Assembly (NCBI GenBank): GCA_003533825.1
Contig: DQCG01000609.1
Coordinates: 1-39,167 of the forward strand
DNA: 39,167 bases
DNA from: Phycisphaerales bacterium
Lineage (GTDB): Bacteria > Planctomycetota > Phycisphaerae > Sedimentisphaerales > Anaerobacaceae
Reading direction: 5' to 3'
In this document: positions 8,952 through 18,506 of the stretch, piece by piece
Layout of the letters: each line of letters starts with the position of its first letter
Position numbering within the stretch: position 1 is the stretch's first letter
Program-made: the position numbers and the translations under genes
Notes under the pieces: generated by a model
Told to the model about the DNA's origin: nothing
Seen by the model: the letters and a program-made list of their open reading frames with translations, nothing else
The model's database searches: none

Positions 8952-10613
8952 ATGAAAAATCTATTGCAATCGATGGTAAAAATGAACAGAAGGGGGGCAA
9001 GTGCCATCTCCGCATTTTGCCTGCTGGTGATTCTGTTGTTCTGCCGGTTTACTTATGGCCGGCAGCAAATTGCCCAATTCGGAATTACGTGGACATTCGA
9101 CAAAGATTATACCGTCGGTCAGTTTGCAAACGGCGATTACTGGGTGATTGGGCCGGTAACCATAATAAAGATAGATCCGACTTCCGTTGAGTTAAATGGC
9201 AGGATGATAAACGGTTCTATGATAAATCCATCGCCAAGACTTGGACAAACACAGGGTTACGACAGTGCAATGTATGGAAAATTCGCCAGGCCAGGGAACT
9301 ATGATCCGGGTCTAAATGTTGCTCGTCCTAACGGCCGGGATCTCTCGGAAAGTAATCCTTTGGTTCTTCAGCCTGAGTGTTCTCTGGTTTCTGCCATCAG
9401 CACTGCACGGGCAGAAAGCAGCACAATATTACAGACGGCAGCAATTCTGACCATTCTCGGTAGTTCTGCTCCTGAAGGGAGCTTCAGACCTCCTTACTGT
9501 GGCGCCGATAAGACAATCAGATTCAATATAAGTCAATTGGACTATTCTTTACTTGCCGGCTTAAAACCTGTGCCCGGTGCACCCGGTCTTTCAACGGTTG
9601 AACGCACTTTTGAACGGCCATGGCTGGACCACGTTCCCAATTGGCCGAATAGTTATCTTCATCCGGTCGATAATATGCCCGGCTTCGGCAGGGAATTAGC
9701 CACTGAGATAGGCGTTGGCGCCTTGATGCTTAACCTTAATTTCGAGAACGCCCGTAAAGAAACGCTTCTTATTCGGTACTTACAGTTAGGCATTGATCTT
9801 TATGGAATTATCCAGGACGGGGGAAAAGATAACTGGGTCAATAATGGCGCGCATAACAGCGGGCGCAAGTGGCCGATTCTGTTCGCCGGGCTTATGCTTA
9901 ACGATCCATGCATGAAGAACATCGGGAGACCCGATATTCCGGATTACGGCCCTCTGCACCCGGAGTACGTTCATTTTGGAGAGGATGACCAGACGTTTTA
10001 TGTTTCTCAGGTGGATGTGGATGCGACCCACAGCACACAATGGAATCCGGATAAGAGGGATCCTCAGCGGATTCCGTATGAACAGGAGGATATTGGACTT
10101 CCTGAGTGGGGAATCGTACACGCGATCAGCCCATACAGGAGCAACAAGTTCTGGAATACGGCATATAGAAGGGTAAGTTGTCCATCCTGGGGCGGATTTG
10201 TCTTGGCAGCGCATATCATGGGAGTGAAGGATTTATGGAACCATGATGCTTTGTTTGATTTCAAAGACCGTTATATGCAGGCCGCTACCGATTGGAGACA
10301 GATGTCCAGATTCGTGGAGGCAATGTGGGATACCTACCGAAAAGATTATGATCCCGTGTGGACGATGTCTCCCACGCTAAATGTTGTCGCAGTTGGCGGT
10401 TCCGTCGCAAAGGTCCCGGATAAGGAGGCCTATACGCTTGGCGAGAGAGTGAGGCTGAGAGCTGTCGCCGATCCCGGATACGAGTTTGCAGGTTGGTCGG
10501 GTGGTTTATCCGGGATGGAAAATCCGGTGGCGATAGTGATGCACACTAAACGAACGATCACGGCGAATTTTACCACCGCCTCTAAATATCCGAAGTCGAG
10601 GGGTGGTAAATAA
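8952..10613 (+). CDS. secreted protein with an unrecognised ~450-aa catalytic-size domain and a C-terminal InlB B-repeat-like domain
   Basis: Signal-peptide-like N-terminus (MKNLLQSMVKMNRRGASAISAFCLLVILLFCRFTYG). The C-terminal TLNVVAVGGSVAKVPDKEAYTLGERVRLRAVADPGYEFAGWSGGLSG...TITANF matches the Listeria-Bacteroides/InlB B-repeat pattern. I chose ATG 8952 over the 8862 extension. Confidence 0.7.
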   Translation: MKNLLQSMVKMNRRGASAISAFCLLVILLFCRFTYGRQQIAQFGITWTFDKDYTVGQFANGDYWVIGPVTIIKIDPTSVELNGRMINGSMINPSPRLGQTQGYDSAMYGKFARPGNYDPGLNVARPNGRDLSESNPLVLQPECSLVSAISTARAESSTILQTAAILTILGSSAPEGSFRPPYCGADKTIRFNISQLDYSLLAGLKPVPGAPGLSTVERTFERPWLDHVPNWPNSYLHPVDNMPGFGRELATEIGVGALMLNLNFENARKETLLIRYLQLGIDLYGIIQDGGKDNWVNNGAHNSGRKWPILFAGLMLNDPCMKNIGRPDIPDYGPLHPEYVHFGEDDQTFYVSQVDVDATHSTQWNPDKRDPQRIPYEQEDIGLPEWGIVHAISPYRSNKFWNTAYRRVSCPSWGGFVLAAHIMGVKDLWNHDALFDFKDRYMQAATDWRQMSRFVEAMWDTYRKDYDPVWTMSPTLNVVAVGGSVAKVPDKEAYTLGERVRLRAVADPGYEFAGWSGGLSGMENPVAIVMHTKRTITANFTTASKYPKSRGGK

Positions 10614-10667
10614 CTTTGTGGAGAATAGCTTTCGACGTTTTGCGGTCAATTCGAAGAATGTGGTGAC

Positions 10668-11924
10668 TTGAAGCTCGTACTGAGATCACAAATGGATATT
10701 GAAAATAACACGGACATGTCGTTTATATGCTTTGGCGGTGAGGATTGGTGGTATCACAACCGGGCGCATATTGATATGCAGTTGATGCGCCGATTTTCCC
10801 GGGTAGGAACTGCTCTTTACGTTAACTCTATCGTCATGCGAAAACTCAATATAGGAGACAGAAAGGGCTTCACCGAAAAACTCGTCCGTAAGACCAGGAG
10901 CATCCTGAGGGGACTCAAGCAGTCAGGCGTCGGATTTTGGGTATATAGTCCGTATACCTTGCCCGTACAGCATATCTCCTGGGCAAGACCGTTTAATGAA
11001 GCTATCCTGCGATATCAGATACGGCGCATTATGCGAAAGCTGCAAATGAGAACCCCGGTGATGTGGGTTGCCTGCCCGCCGGCGTGTGATGCCGCAATTG
11101 CAATGAAAAGAGGAAAGCTGGTATATCAGAGAACGGATAGATACGAGGATGACCCTCATGTCGATAGAGAGACGGTACTAAACTATGACAGGAAATTGAA
11201 AGCCAACGCGGATATGACTGTTTATGTTAACCAGTCCCTGTATGAGGAAGAGACGGATCAATGCAAGAATGCCTTTTTCCTGGATCATGGCGTTGACTAT
11301 GAAATGTTTACTTCGGCGGAAAATGACCGGGACGTACCTGCTGAGATGGCCGGAATAAATAAACCGATCGTTGGCTATTTTGGAGTGATGGCGGACCATA
11401 AATTCGATGTCGAGTTTGTCAGCAAAGTCGCCGATTTGTTGCCGGAATTTTCCTTCGTGTTTATTGGGCGGGTTTCGCAGGAAAGTCAAGAAATGTTCGC
11501 CAGAAAAAATATTCATATCCTCCCAAAGCAACCTTATGAACGAATTCCCCATTTTGGCAAGTGTTTTGATGTGGCGGTGTTGCCCTGGAGAATCAATAAA
11601 TGGACCGAGGCCGCGAATCCGATTAAACTCAAAGAGTATCTGGCCCTTGGAAAACCAATCGTTAGCACACCCGCGTTCTCCGAGCTGCAAAGCTACCTTG
11701 ATATTGTCTGCGAGGCTACAACCCCGGAAGACTTTGCCGGTTGTATTAAGAAGGCCCACTCTGAAAACAACGCGGAGCTTGTACGAAAAAGAAGAGAAAG
11801 AGTTGCCCAATCCTCCTGGGAAAGTAAAGCGGAATTGATGCTTCGCACCCTATTTGCAGGACAGGAATCCGAGCTCAAAATGATAACCGATGCGTTGAAG
11901 CGTGACGGGGCCGATGGATGTTAG
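10668..11924 (+). CDS. GT-B fold glycosyltransferase (GT1/GT4-like, TuaH-like)
   Basis: N-terminal FICFGGEDWWYHNRAHIDMQLMRRF. C-terminal GT-B motif NPIKLKEYLALGKPIVSTP. The start is uncertain: TTG 10668 or ATG 10692. Confidence 0.8.
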   Translation: MKLVLRSQMDIENNTDMSFICFGGEDWWYHNRAHIDMQLMRRFSRVGTALYVNSIVMRKLNIGDRKGFTEKLVRKTRSILRGLKQSGVGFWVYSPYTLPVQHISWARPFNEAILRYQIRRIMRKLQMRTPVMWVACPPACDAAIAMKRGKLVYQRTDRYEDDPHVDRETVLNYDRKLKANADMTVYVNQSLYEEETDQCKNAFFLDHGVDYEMFTSAENDRDVPAEMAGINKPIVGYFGVMADHKFDVEFVSKVADLLPEFSFVFIGRVSQESQEMFARKNIHILPKQPYERIPHFGKCFDVAVLPWRINKWTEAANPIKLKEYLALGKPIVSTPAFSELQSYLDIVCEATTPEDFAGCIKKAHSENNAELVRKRRERVAQSSWESKAELMLRTLFAGQESELKMITDALKRDGADGC

Positions 11925-11973
11925 TGCAGGCGGCAGCATATTAAATGCTGTTTGGTGTAAAAGGTAAGTTGGT

Positions 11974-13317
11974 ATGAGCATTAGAGCAATAGCAAACGGC
12001 GCGGCACATTTGCTCGTTAAGCGATATACCGGGCCGTTCTGGTTGCATAAAAGATGGCTCAACAAAACACAGTGGCTTAGTTATTCGGAATTACAAATAA
12101 TCCAGTTAAAGCTGCTGAGAAAGCTTGTTCGGCATTGTTATAATTCGGTGCCGTACTACAGGCGTTCGATGGATGAATTGGGGATAAGTCCGGAGAGTAT
12201 TCGCACTCTAAAAGACATAGAGAAATTTCCCATAATCAACAAAAAAGAAGTTTTGAAAGCGGGTGATTCAATAATTTCAACAAAATATCCGAGGTGGGCT
12301 TTGCGTAAGGGCCGAACAGGCGGCAGCACAGGCACTCCCATGATCGTATATCGAACCTTGTTCTCGCTGGGGACCGAGCATGCATTCGCAAGGCGGCAGT
12401 GGGATTGGGCGGGAGTAGGCATGAGGGAAAAGAGCGCCTGGATATTTCAAAGAGTGGTTGCGCCGCCGGAGAAGAAGGATGCCCGCCTTTATGATTATGA
12501 CCCGGTCATGAGGGAATTAACGCTCTCGGCTTATCACTGTTCTGCCGATACGGCCCTTGATTATGCCAGGCTGATACAGGAGCACGGCATAAAAGTTGTC
12601 GTGGGTTATCCGAGCGCTATTTACACGATGGCTAAAACTTGCATAAATTCAGGTTTCAAGCTCGACCTTCGCGTGGTTATAAGCACGTGGGAGGCAATGA
12701 CCGAACCTATGCGACAAACTATTTCAGATGCTTTTGGCTGCAAAATCTTCGATTTTTACGGCAGCGGCGAGAGAGTTGTCGCCATTCATAAATGTGAACG
12801 CGGAAGTTATCATATAGTACCTGAATATGGATTGACCGAGCTGATTCCGATGGACGGATGCGAGGGAGGCCATTACAGGGTGGTTTCAACTGGTTTCTGG
12901 AACAAGGCGATGCCTTTAATCAGATACGACATGGGCGACGTTGTCGCCGGGTCGGACGAGAGTTGTTCGTGTGGCAGAAATTTTCCCGTAGTCAAATCAA
13001 TAATCGGCAAAGAAGGTGATATAATACAATCCCCGTCGGGAGTTCAGCTCGGTGTTACCGCGGTGGTGCAAATCCTGTACACTATAGGCGGCACGAATAA
13101 TATACTTGAGACACAATTCATACAGGATGCGCTGGATCATATCACAATAGAATATGTTCCCGGCCGCAAATTCACCGAAGATGATCTTGCGAATATGCGA
13201 AACAGTGCCGCAAGGTTTCTGCCGCGTGACTTGAAAGTCGACTTTGAGCAGGTTGAGGCGGTCAAAAGAACACCGATGGGCAAAATCAGACCTATTGTCT
13301 CCCAAATTGCACGTTAG
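11974..13317 (+). CDS. PaaK/CapK/F390-synthetase-like adenylate-forming ligase
   Basis: GRTGGSTGTPMIVY nucleotide motif, VVGYPSAIYTMAK, FDFYGSGE, and the C-terminal KRTPMGKIRPIV lysine context. The family is common in capsule loci (CapK). Confidence 0.8.
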   Translation: MSIRAIANGAAHLLVKRYTGPFWLHKRWLNKTQWLSYSELQIIQLKLLRKLVRHCYNSVPYYRRSMDELGISPESIRTLKDIEKFPIINKKEVLKAGDSIISTKYPRWALRKGRTGGSTGTPMIVYRTLFSLGTEHAFARRQWDWAGVGMREKSAWIFQRVVAPPEKKDARLYDYDPVMRELTLSAYHCSADTALDYARLIQEHGIKVVVGYPSAIYTMAKTCINSGFKLDLRVVISTWEAMTEPMRQTISDAFGCKIFDFYGSGERVVAIHKCERGSYHIVPEYGLTELIPMDGCEGGHYRVVSTGFWNKAMPLIRYDMGDVVAGSDESCSCGRNFPVVKSIIGKEGDIIQSPSGVQLGVTAVVQILYTIGGTNNILETQFIQDALDHITIEYVPGRKFTEDDLANMRNSAARFLPRDLKVDFEQVEAVKRTPMGKIRPIVSQIAR

Positions 13318-13403
13318 CATTATCGTAGTAAAGAAATTTCGAGTTATTAAGAATAAATGATTTCAGTTTGTAAATGAACCGGCGGTTTTCACAAAGTTGA
13401 GTA

Positions 13404-13874
13404 ATGGTTAAGAATAAAGGTAAATTGCGAATCTGTCTGGCTGCTTCAGCGGGGGGGCATATATCCCAATTGCTCAAGCTGGCTGAAAGTTGGGACGACT
13501 ACGAGACTTTCTGTGTCACTACGACACAAGTCGTGCGGGATAAGCTGAGCAGATTCGGCGAAGTCTATGTTGTCGGAGAGTGTAACCGCGAGCACCCGAT
13601 ACGGGTCGTCGCCGTATTGATGCGGTGTATCAGGATTGTGTTAAGGCAGAGGCCCGACGTCGTGATAAGCACAGGTGCGGCGGCCGGGTGCATGTTGTGT
13701 TTTCTGGGAAAAATGCTTGGCGCGAAAGTCGTGTGGATTGACAGTATTACCAACGTGGAGCGGCTCTCACTCTCGGGAAGAATGGTTCGTTACATTGCGG
13801 ATTTATTCCTGGTGCAATGGCCTGAGCTGGCCGGTAGGTATAAAAGGGTCGAATTTGTCGGGACAGTAGTATGA
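13404..13874 (+). CDS. Alg14-like glycosyltransferase subunit (PssD/Cps14F-like membrane-association subunit)
   Basis: RICLAASAGGHISQLLKL, PDVVISTGAAAG and VVWIDSITNVERLSLSGR are typical of Alg14/PssD. The stop overlaps the next start (ATGA at 13871-13874). Confidence 0.8.
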   Translation: MVKNKGKLRICLAASAGGHISQLLKLAESWDDYETFCVTTTQVVRDKLSRFGEVYVVGECNREHPIRVVAVLMRCIRIVLRQRPDVVISTGAAAGCMLCFLGKMLGAKVVWIDSITNVERLSLSGRMVRYIADLFLVQWPELAGRYKRVEFVGTVV

Positions 13875-14362
13875 TTTTTCTGATCGTTGGGACACAGTTT
13901 CCGTTCGACCGTTTGGTCAAAGCCGTTGACGAAGTCGCCGGTAAAAACGGATTTGACGAACGGATTGTCGCTCAGATCGGCGACAGCTCTTATCGTCCGG
14001 AGAACTTTGACGCCGTCCCATCGGTGGAGAAAGCTCTTTTCGATCGGTATTTTGCCGAGGCGGACAGCATTATCAGTCACGCGGGAATGGGAACAATAAC
14101 GATGGCGCTGGATCATAGAAAGCCCTTACTTGTTATGCCGAGATTGAAAAAGTATGGCGAAGTTGTAAATGATCACCAGCTCGCTCTTGCAGGGAAGTTC
14201 GAGCAGCTCGGCTATTTACTGGTAGCCTGCCAAGCGGAGGATGTGCCGGGGAAAATGGAGCAGTTGAAGTCCTTTGTTCCGCAGAAGCGCCAGCCGTCCG
14301 CAGAAGTTGTTGCGGCGCGCATCTCAACATTTTTGAATGAATTGGCTCAGTTGAAAAACTGA
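13871..14362 (+). CDS. Alg13-like glycosyltransferase catalytic subunit (Glyco_tran_28_C; PssE/Cps14G-like)
   Basis: MIFLIVGTQFPFDRLVKAVD, IISHAGMGTI and VVNDHQLALAGK. Translationally coupled to the Alg14-like gene. Confidence 0.85.
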   Translation: MIFLIVGTQFPFDRLVKAVDEVAGKNGFDERIVAQIGDSSYRPENFDAVPSVEKALFDRYFAEADSIISHAGMGTITMALDHRKPLLVMPRLKKYGEVVNDHQLALAGKFEQLGYLLVACQAEDVPGKMEQLKSFVPQKRQPSAEVVAARISTFLNELAQLKN

Positions 14363-14390
14363 TTCTTTGATAAGGCGACGAGAGTAGGCA

Positions 14391-15017
14391 ATGGGAAAAA
14401 AAAAGAAAGGCAAGCTGTACAAAACCATAGAGTTCATTACACCCACTTTTGTGAAGGTGATTGTTAAAAGGATATTCTGGAAAATCGTTCGCTTTTACAA
14501 CAGGTGCAGATATATCGAAAAGGGAAGGTTTGTGGAGTTTGGATACAGGTTTAGGTTTGACCGTTCAAGCCCTTACCGTGCTCGCGTTGGTGAGAAGACC
14601 ATCGCCGAGGATTTCAATGTGTGGAACACCGATCTCGGCGACATAACGGTTGGGAAAAATTGCTGGTTTGGGCTTAATAACGTTTTGATGGGTCCGCTTG
14701 AAATTGGTGATCAACTGTCTACCGGCCCGTACGTCAAGATTCTCGGGCCGAGGCACCCGGTTCCGCCGCAGGCTGCCAAGCAAGGTGAGAAGACCACGAT
14801 CGGAAACAACGTGTGGTTAAGTACAGGCTCTATAATTCTTTTCGGGGTTAATATAGGTGATAACGCCATCATAAGCGCCGGTTCGGTGGTCACAAAAGAT
14901 GTTCCCGCCGGAGCTTTTGTCGGGGGCAATCCGGCGAGAAACTTGTCCGGCCTTATTAAAAAGGCCTGGAAATCGACCGATGCGAAACAGCAACAGATGG
15001 CGAGTGACAAGAAATAA
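14391..15017 (+). CDS. hexapeptide-repeat (LbH) acetyltransferase
   Basis: [48 protein letters not shown]. Confidence 0.8.
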   Translation: MGKKKKGKLYKTIEFITPTFVKVIVKRIFWKIVRFYNRCRYIEKGRFVEFGYRFRFDRSSPYRARVGEKTIAEDFNVWNTDLGDITVGKNCWFGLNNVLMGPLEIGDQLSTGPYVKILGPRHPVPPQAAKQGEKTTIGNNVWLSTGSIILFGVNIGDNAIISAGSVVTKDVPAGAFVGGNPARNLSGLIKKAWKSTDAKQQQMASDKK

Positions 15018-15108
15018 GCAGAGAGGCTTTCTCTATGCATCGATGTTTTCATTTGTAAAGTTTGTGTAACCGAATCTTGATTAACAACGATATTGGTATG
15101 AGGGTAAT

Positions 15109-15372
15109 ATGGATAATTCTTCTAAAGTCAGGGAGTTCGTAGTAGAAAATTTTCTTTTCGGAGACGGCGAAAAACTCAGGGATGATACTTCCTTCATGGA
15201 GGAGGGCATCATCGACTCCACCGGGATTCTGGAGCTGGTATTTTTCCTCGAAGAGACTTTCGGTTTTAGTGTCGAGGATGATGAGCTTGTCCCGGAAAAC
15301 ATGGATAGCTTACAGAATATCGCCCGGTTCGTCGGCCGGAAAATGAATGCAGGTTCTACAGCGGAGGCGTAG
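15109..15372 (+). CDS. acyl/peptidyl carrier protein
   Basis: 87 aa and acidic. The phosphopantetheine-attachment context is GIIDSTGILELVFFLEETF, with Ser37 at nt 15217-15219. RBS GAGGG lies upstream. Confidence 0.8.
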   Translation: MDNSSKVREFVVENFLFGDGEKLRDDTSFMEEGIIDSTGILELVFFLEETFGFSVEDDELVPENMDSLQNIARFVGRKMNAGSTAEA

Positions 15373-15424
15373 ATTTCGGACAGAGTTCGAGGATGCTGCT
15401 TTTTTAAAGCATCTGATTTTTATT

Positions 15425-17419
15425 ATGTGTGGAATAGTTGGTATCTGTCATATAGATGGTCCGGACGGTGTGTCCCTGGATGGTATCAAGAGCATGATAG
15501 GTGCTCTCTGCCATCGGGGGCCGGATGAAACGGGCGTCTATCTCGACGATCATGTGGGGCTGGGTCATGCCCGGCTGAGCATCATCGATCTTTCATCCGG
15601 CGGCCAGCCGATCCATAATGAGGACAAGAGCCTCTGGATCGTTTATAACGGAGAAGTTTTCAACTACCCGGAATTGAAAAAGGACCTGCTGCAAAAAGGT
15701 CACCGTTTCTACACGACATCCGATACCGAGGTGGTGCTCCATCTTTACGAAGAGCATGGGCCGGATTGCCTGGCTATGTTGAACGGCCAGTTCGCGATGG
15801 CGATCTGGGATGCGAAGAAAAAGGAGCTGTTCCTTGCTCGGGACAGGGTCGGGATTCGGCCGTTGTATTACACGATTCTCAATAATACCATCATTTTTGG
15901 TTCTGAAATCAAATCGATTTTTATGAACGAGAATGTCGCCCGCCGGATTGATCCGGTGGCGATGGACCAGATTTTCACGTTCTGGACGACACTGACTCCG
16001 AGAACTGTCTTTAAGGATATATATGAACTGCCCCCGGGCCACTATATGAAGAGTTACCGCGGCAAAGTCACATTAAAAAAATACTGGGACATTCCTTTGT
16101 ATGAGCATGCCGAGCAGTCGGATATGGCTCCGCAGGAAATCTGCCGGCAGGTCCGGGAGCTGCTGCAGGACGCAGTCCGAATACGCCTGCGGGCAGATGT
16201 TCCCGTAGGCTGCTACCTCAGCGGCGGGCTCGACTCCTCCGGGACTACTGCTTTGGTGGTGAAGAATTTCAATAGTGACGTCAGGACTTTTGGAATACGT
16301 TTTGACAGCGGCGGTTTTGATGAGGGCGAGCATCAGAATCTAATGGTCTCGTATCTGAACGTTAACCACACTGAAATGCGGGCGACGAATGAAAAAATCG
16401 GGGCTTTCCTGCCGGACTGCTTGTGGCACTGTGAAAAGCCGCTTTTAAGGACCGGGCCCGTTCCGTTATTCCTGCTCTCGGACGTTGTGCGCAACAGCGG
16501 CTATAAGGTGGTGCTGACGGGCGAGGGGGCGGACGAGGTCTTCGGCGGATACAATATCTTTCGCGAGGCCAAGGTCAGAAGGTTCCTGGCGAAGTATCCG
16601 AACTCACAGATGCGGGCAGAGTTAACCGGCAGGCTTTATCCGTATATATTCAACAATCCGAGGCTCAAGCGTACGCTGCAATCATTCTTTGCCAGGGGCC
16701 TTGATCAAATTGATGATCCTATCTTTTCACACTTTATCAGGTGGGAGAATACGAGCAGGATCAAGGCATTCTTTTCGCAAGAGCTAAACGAAGCTATCGG
16801 GCAATACGACGGATATGATCAGGTCAGGCAAAGTCTTCCGGATAATTTTGGGCGGACGGATGATTTTTCCAGGGCACAGTACCTGGAGATGGCGATTTTT
16901 ATGAGCAATTATCTTCTTTCGTCGCAGGGTGACCGGGTCGCCATGGCTCATTCAGTGGAGATAAGACTGCCGTTCCTGGATCCGAGAGTGATGGATTTTA
17001 TGGCGCGGGTGCCTGCAAAATGGAAAATACTGGGCATCAATGAGAAGCACATTCTGAAAAAGTCGTTTGAGCCAATACTGCCGAAAGAAATTACCGGCCG
17101 CCCGAAGAATCCTTACCGCGCCCCGATAAAGCAGAGTCTTCTGAATGACCAGACGCTGGAATATACAAAAGAGGCATTGTCCGAAGAGTCAGTGAAGAAA
17201 GCGGGCCTGTTCGATGCCGGTAAGGTTACAAAGCTGTTGCGAAAAGCTCAGATGGTTGAGAATCTGAGCGAGATCGATAACATGGCCCTTGTGGGAATTT
17301 TATCCTCTCAGCTCATCCATCGTCAGTTTGTCCGGGACTTCCCGTTAAGAAATGCCGATCCCGTTGTTCCCGCTCTTGTAGTGGACAGGAGATCAGAGGC
17401 TTTGAGAGCCGTTAGTTGA
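15425..17419 (+). CDS. asparagine synthetase B-like glutamine amidotransferase (EPS/exosortase-locus type)
   Basis: MCGIVG N-terminal nucleophile (Cys2) fixes the start at ATG 15425. Ntn-glutaminase motifs HRGPD and RLSIIDL. Synthetase-domain PP-loop CYLSGGLDSS. Confidence 0.9.
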   Translation: MCGIVGICHIDGPDGVSLDGIKSMIGALCHRGPDETGVYLDDHVGLGHARLSIIDLSSGGQPIHNEDKSLWIVYNGEVFNYPELKKDLLQKGHRFYTTSDTEVVLHLYEEHGPDCLAMLNGQFAMAIWDAKKKELFLARDRVGIRPLYYTILNNTIIFGSEIKSIFMNENVARRIDPVAMDQIFTFWTTLTPRTVFKDIYELPPGHYMKSYRGKVTLKKYWDIPLYEHAEQSDMAPQEICRQVRELLQDAVRIRLRADVPVGCYLSGGLDSSGTTALVVKNFNSDVRTFGIRFDSGGFDEGEHQNLMVSYLNVNHTEMRATNEKIGAFLPDCLWHCEKPLLRTGPVPLFLLSDVVRNSGYKVVLTGEGADEVFGGYNIFREAKVRRFLAKYPNSQMRAELTGRLYPYIFNNPRLKRTLQSFFARGLDQIDDPIFSHFIRWENTSRIKAFFSQELNEAIGQYDGYDQVRQSLPDNFGRTDDFSRAQYLEMAIFMSNYLLSSQGDRVAMAHSVEIRLPFLDPRVMDFMARVPAKWKILGINEKHILKKSFEPILPKEITGRPKNPYRAPIKQSLLNDQTLEYTKEALSEESVKKAGLFDAGKVTKLLRKAQMVENLSEIDNMALVGILSSQLIHRQFVRDFPLRNADPVVPALVVDRRSEALRAVS

Positions 17420-17482
17420 AGATATACATCCGCGGCTGGTTACCTGAGACTTGCGGCGGCATTCTGTGTTTTGGAGATTTTT

Positions 17483-18445
17483 ATGGAGTTTCACAAGGAT
17501 ATTCTCAAGTGTGACAGCAAAAGTGAGGTTGAACATATTTGCGCGTTCATTCAACAGCAAGTGCGCGCTATGAAACGCGGCGGCATCGTAATCGGACTAA
17601 GCGGCGGTATCGATTCGGCGCTGTGTGCCGCTCTTTGTGTGGAAGCGTTGGGTAAAGACAGGGTATTCGGATTGATTCTTCCCGAGAAGGAGTCCAATCC
17701 AGTAAGTGCCGAATACGCGGCCAAACATGCCCGGGAGCTGGGAATAGAAACAGAGACGGTTGACATTACACCTACGCTCGAAGCTTTTGGGACCTACCGC
17801 AAAAGAGATGAAATGATTAGAAGCGTGTTTCCCGAATACAGCAGTGAGTCCAAATCGAAAATCACTCTTCCGGCCGACTTGCTCTCCAAGGATTCTTTTA
17901 ACTTCTTTACCCTGAAAATCGATGACGGCAAAGGCAATGTGAAATCGGCGAGGCTCAACAAGAAAGCTCTCAATGGAATAGTTGCCGCCACCGATTCCAA
18001 GCAGAGAACAAGGATGATGCATCTCTATTATTATGCCGAAATGAAAAATTACATCGTGTGCGGCACGACCAACAAAACCGAAGTCCTGGAAGGATTCTTT
18101 GTGAAATACGGGGATGGGGGAGTGGATATTGAGCCGCTCAGTCATCTCTATAAAGCCCAGGTGTATCAGCTTTCGGAGCACCTTGGGGTGATTCGCGAAA
18201 TCATAGAGAGAGCGCCGAGCCCCGATACGTGGAGCTTTCAGGTCAGTGACGAGGAATTCTATTTTCGCATCCCCTACGACAAGCTCGATCTTCTGCTTTA
18301 TGCCTGGCAGAACGACGTTCCTGTCGAGCAGGTCTGCGAGACTATGAATCTGGCCGCCGAGCAGGTGAAAAGGGCGATGCGAGATTTTAATGCCAAATAC
18401 AATGCGACCAAACATCTACGGCAGTTGCCGCCGACACTTGAATAA
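17483..18445 (+). CDS. NadE-like (NAD synthetase family) PP-loop ATP pyrophosphatase with no glutaminase domain
   Basis: GGIVIGLSGGIDSALCAALC SGGxDS PP-loop, CGTTNKTEVLEGFFVKYGDGGVDIEPL and YKAQVYQLSEHLGV. The start is ATG 17483 (TTG 17471 also possible). Confidence 0.8.
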   Translation: MEFHKDILKCDSKSEVEHICAFIQQQVRAMKRGGIVIGLSGGIDSALCAALCVEALGKDRVFGLILPEKESNPVSAEYAAKHARELGIETETVDITPTLEAFGTYRKRDEMIRSVFPEYSSESKSKITLPADLLSKDSFNFFTLKIDDGKGNVKSARLNKKALNGIVAATDSKQRTRMMHLYYYAEMKNYIVCGTTNKTEVLEGFFVKYGDGGVDIEPLSHLYKAQVYQLSEHLGVIREIIERAPSPDTWSFQVSDEEFYFRIPYDKLDLLLYAWQNDVPVEQVCETMNLAAEQVKRAMRDFNAKYNATKHLRQLPPTLE

Positions 18446-18506
18446 GATGGTCGGATGAGTCGCAGTTAAAACGAAGGAACTTTTGAATTGGTAAGGATAT
18501 GAATGT

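Noticed and set aside
11178-11810. 210-aa minus-strand ORF, plus a 143-aa plus-strand alternative frame, inside the GT1 gene
   Set aside because: The GT-B motifs (e.g. NPIKLKEYLALGKPIVSTP) are in the annotated frame. The overlapping frames have no features.
15020-15034. Hairpin AGAGA-GGCTT-TCTCT just after the second LbH acetyltransferase stop
   Set aside because: The stem is 5 bp with no following T-tract. Not credible as an intrinsic terminator.
15392-15413. Hairpin GATGCT-N10-AGCATC followed by TGATTTTTA, between the ACP and AsnB-like genes
   Set aside because: The stem is only 6 bp, AT-rich, with a 10-nt loop. That is too weak to call a terminator or attenuator, and the genes look co-transcribed.
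15347-15424. 26-codon N-terminal extension of the AsnB-like ORF, overlapping the ACP gene
   Set aside because: Class II glutamine amidotransferases need Cys as the first residue after Met removal. MCGIVG at ATG 15425 fixes the real start.
17597-18415. 272-aa ORF on the minus strand, lying entirely inside the NadE-like gene
   Set aside because: It is antisense to a CDS with unmistakable family motifs (SGGIDSA PP-loop). Its translation has no recognisable motifs or sensible composition. Long antisense frames arise readily when the sense codons avoid TTA, CTA and TCA. I treat it as a shadow ORF.
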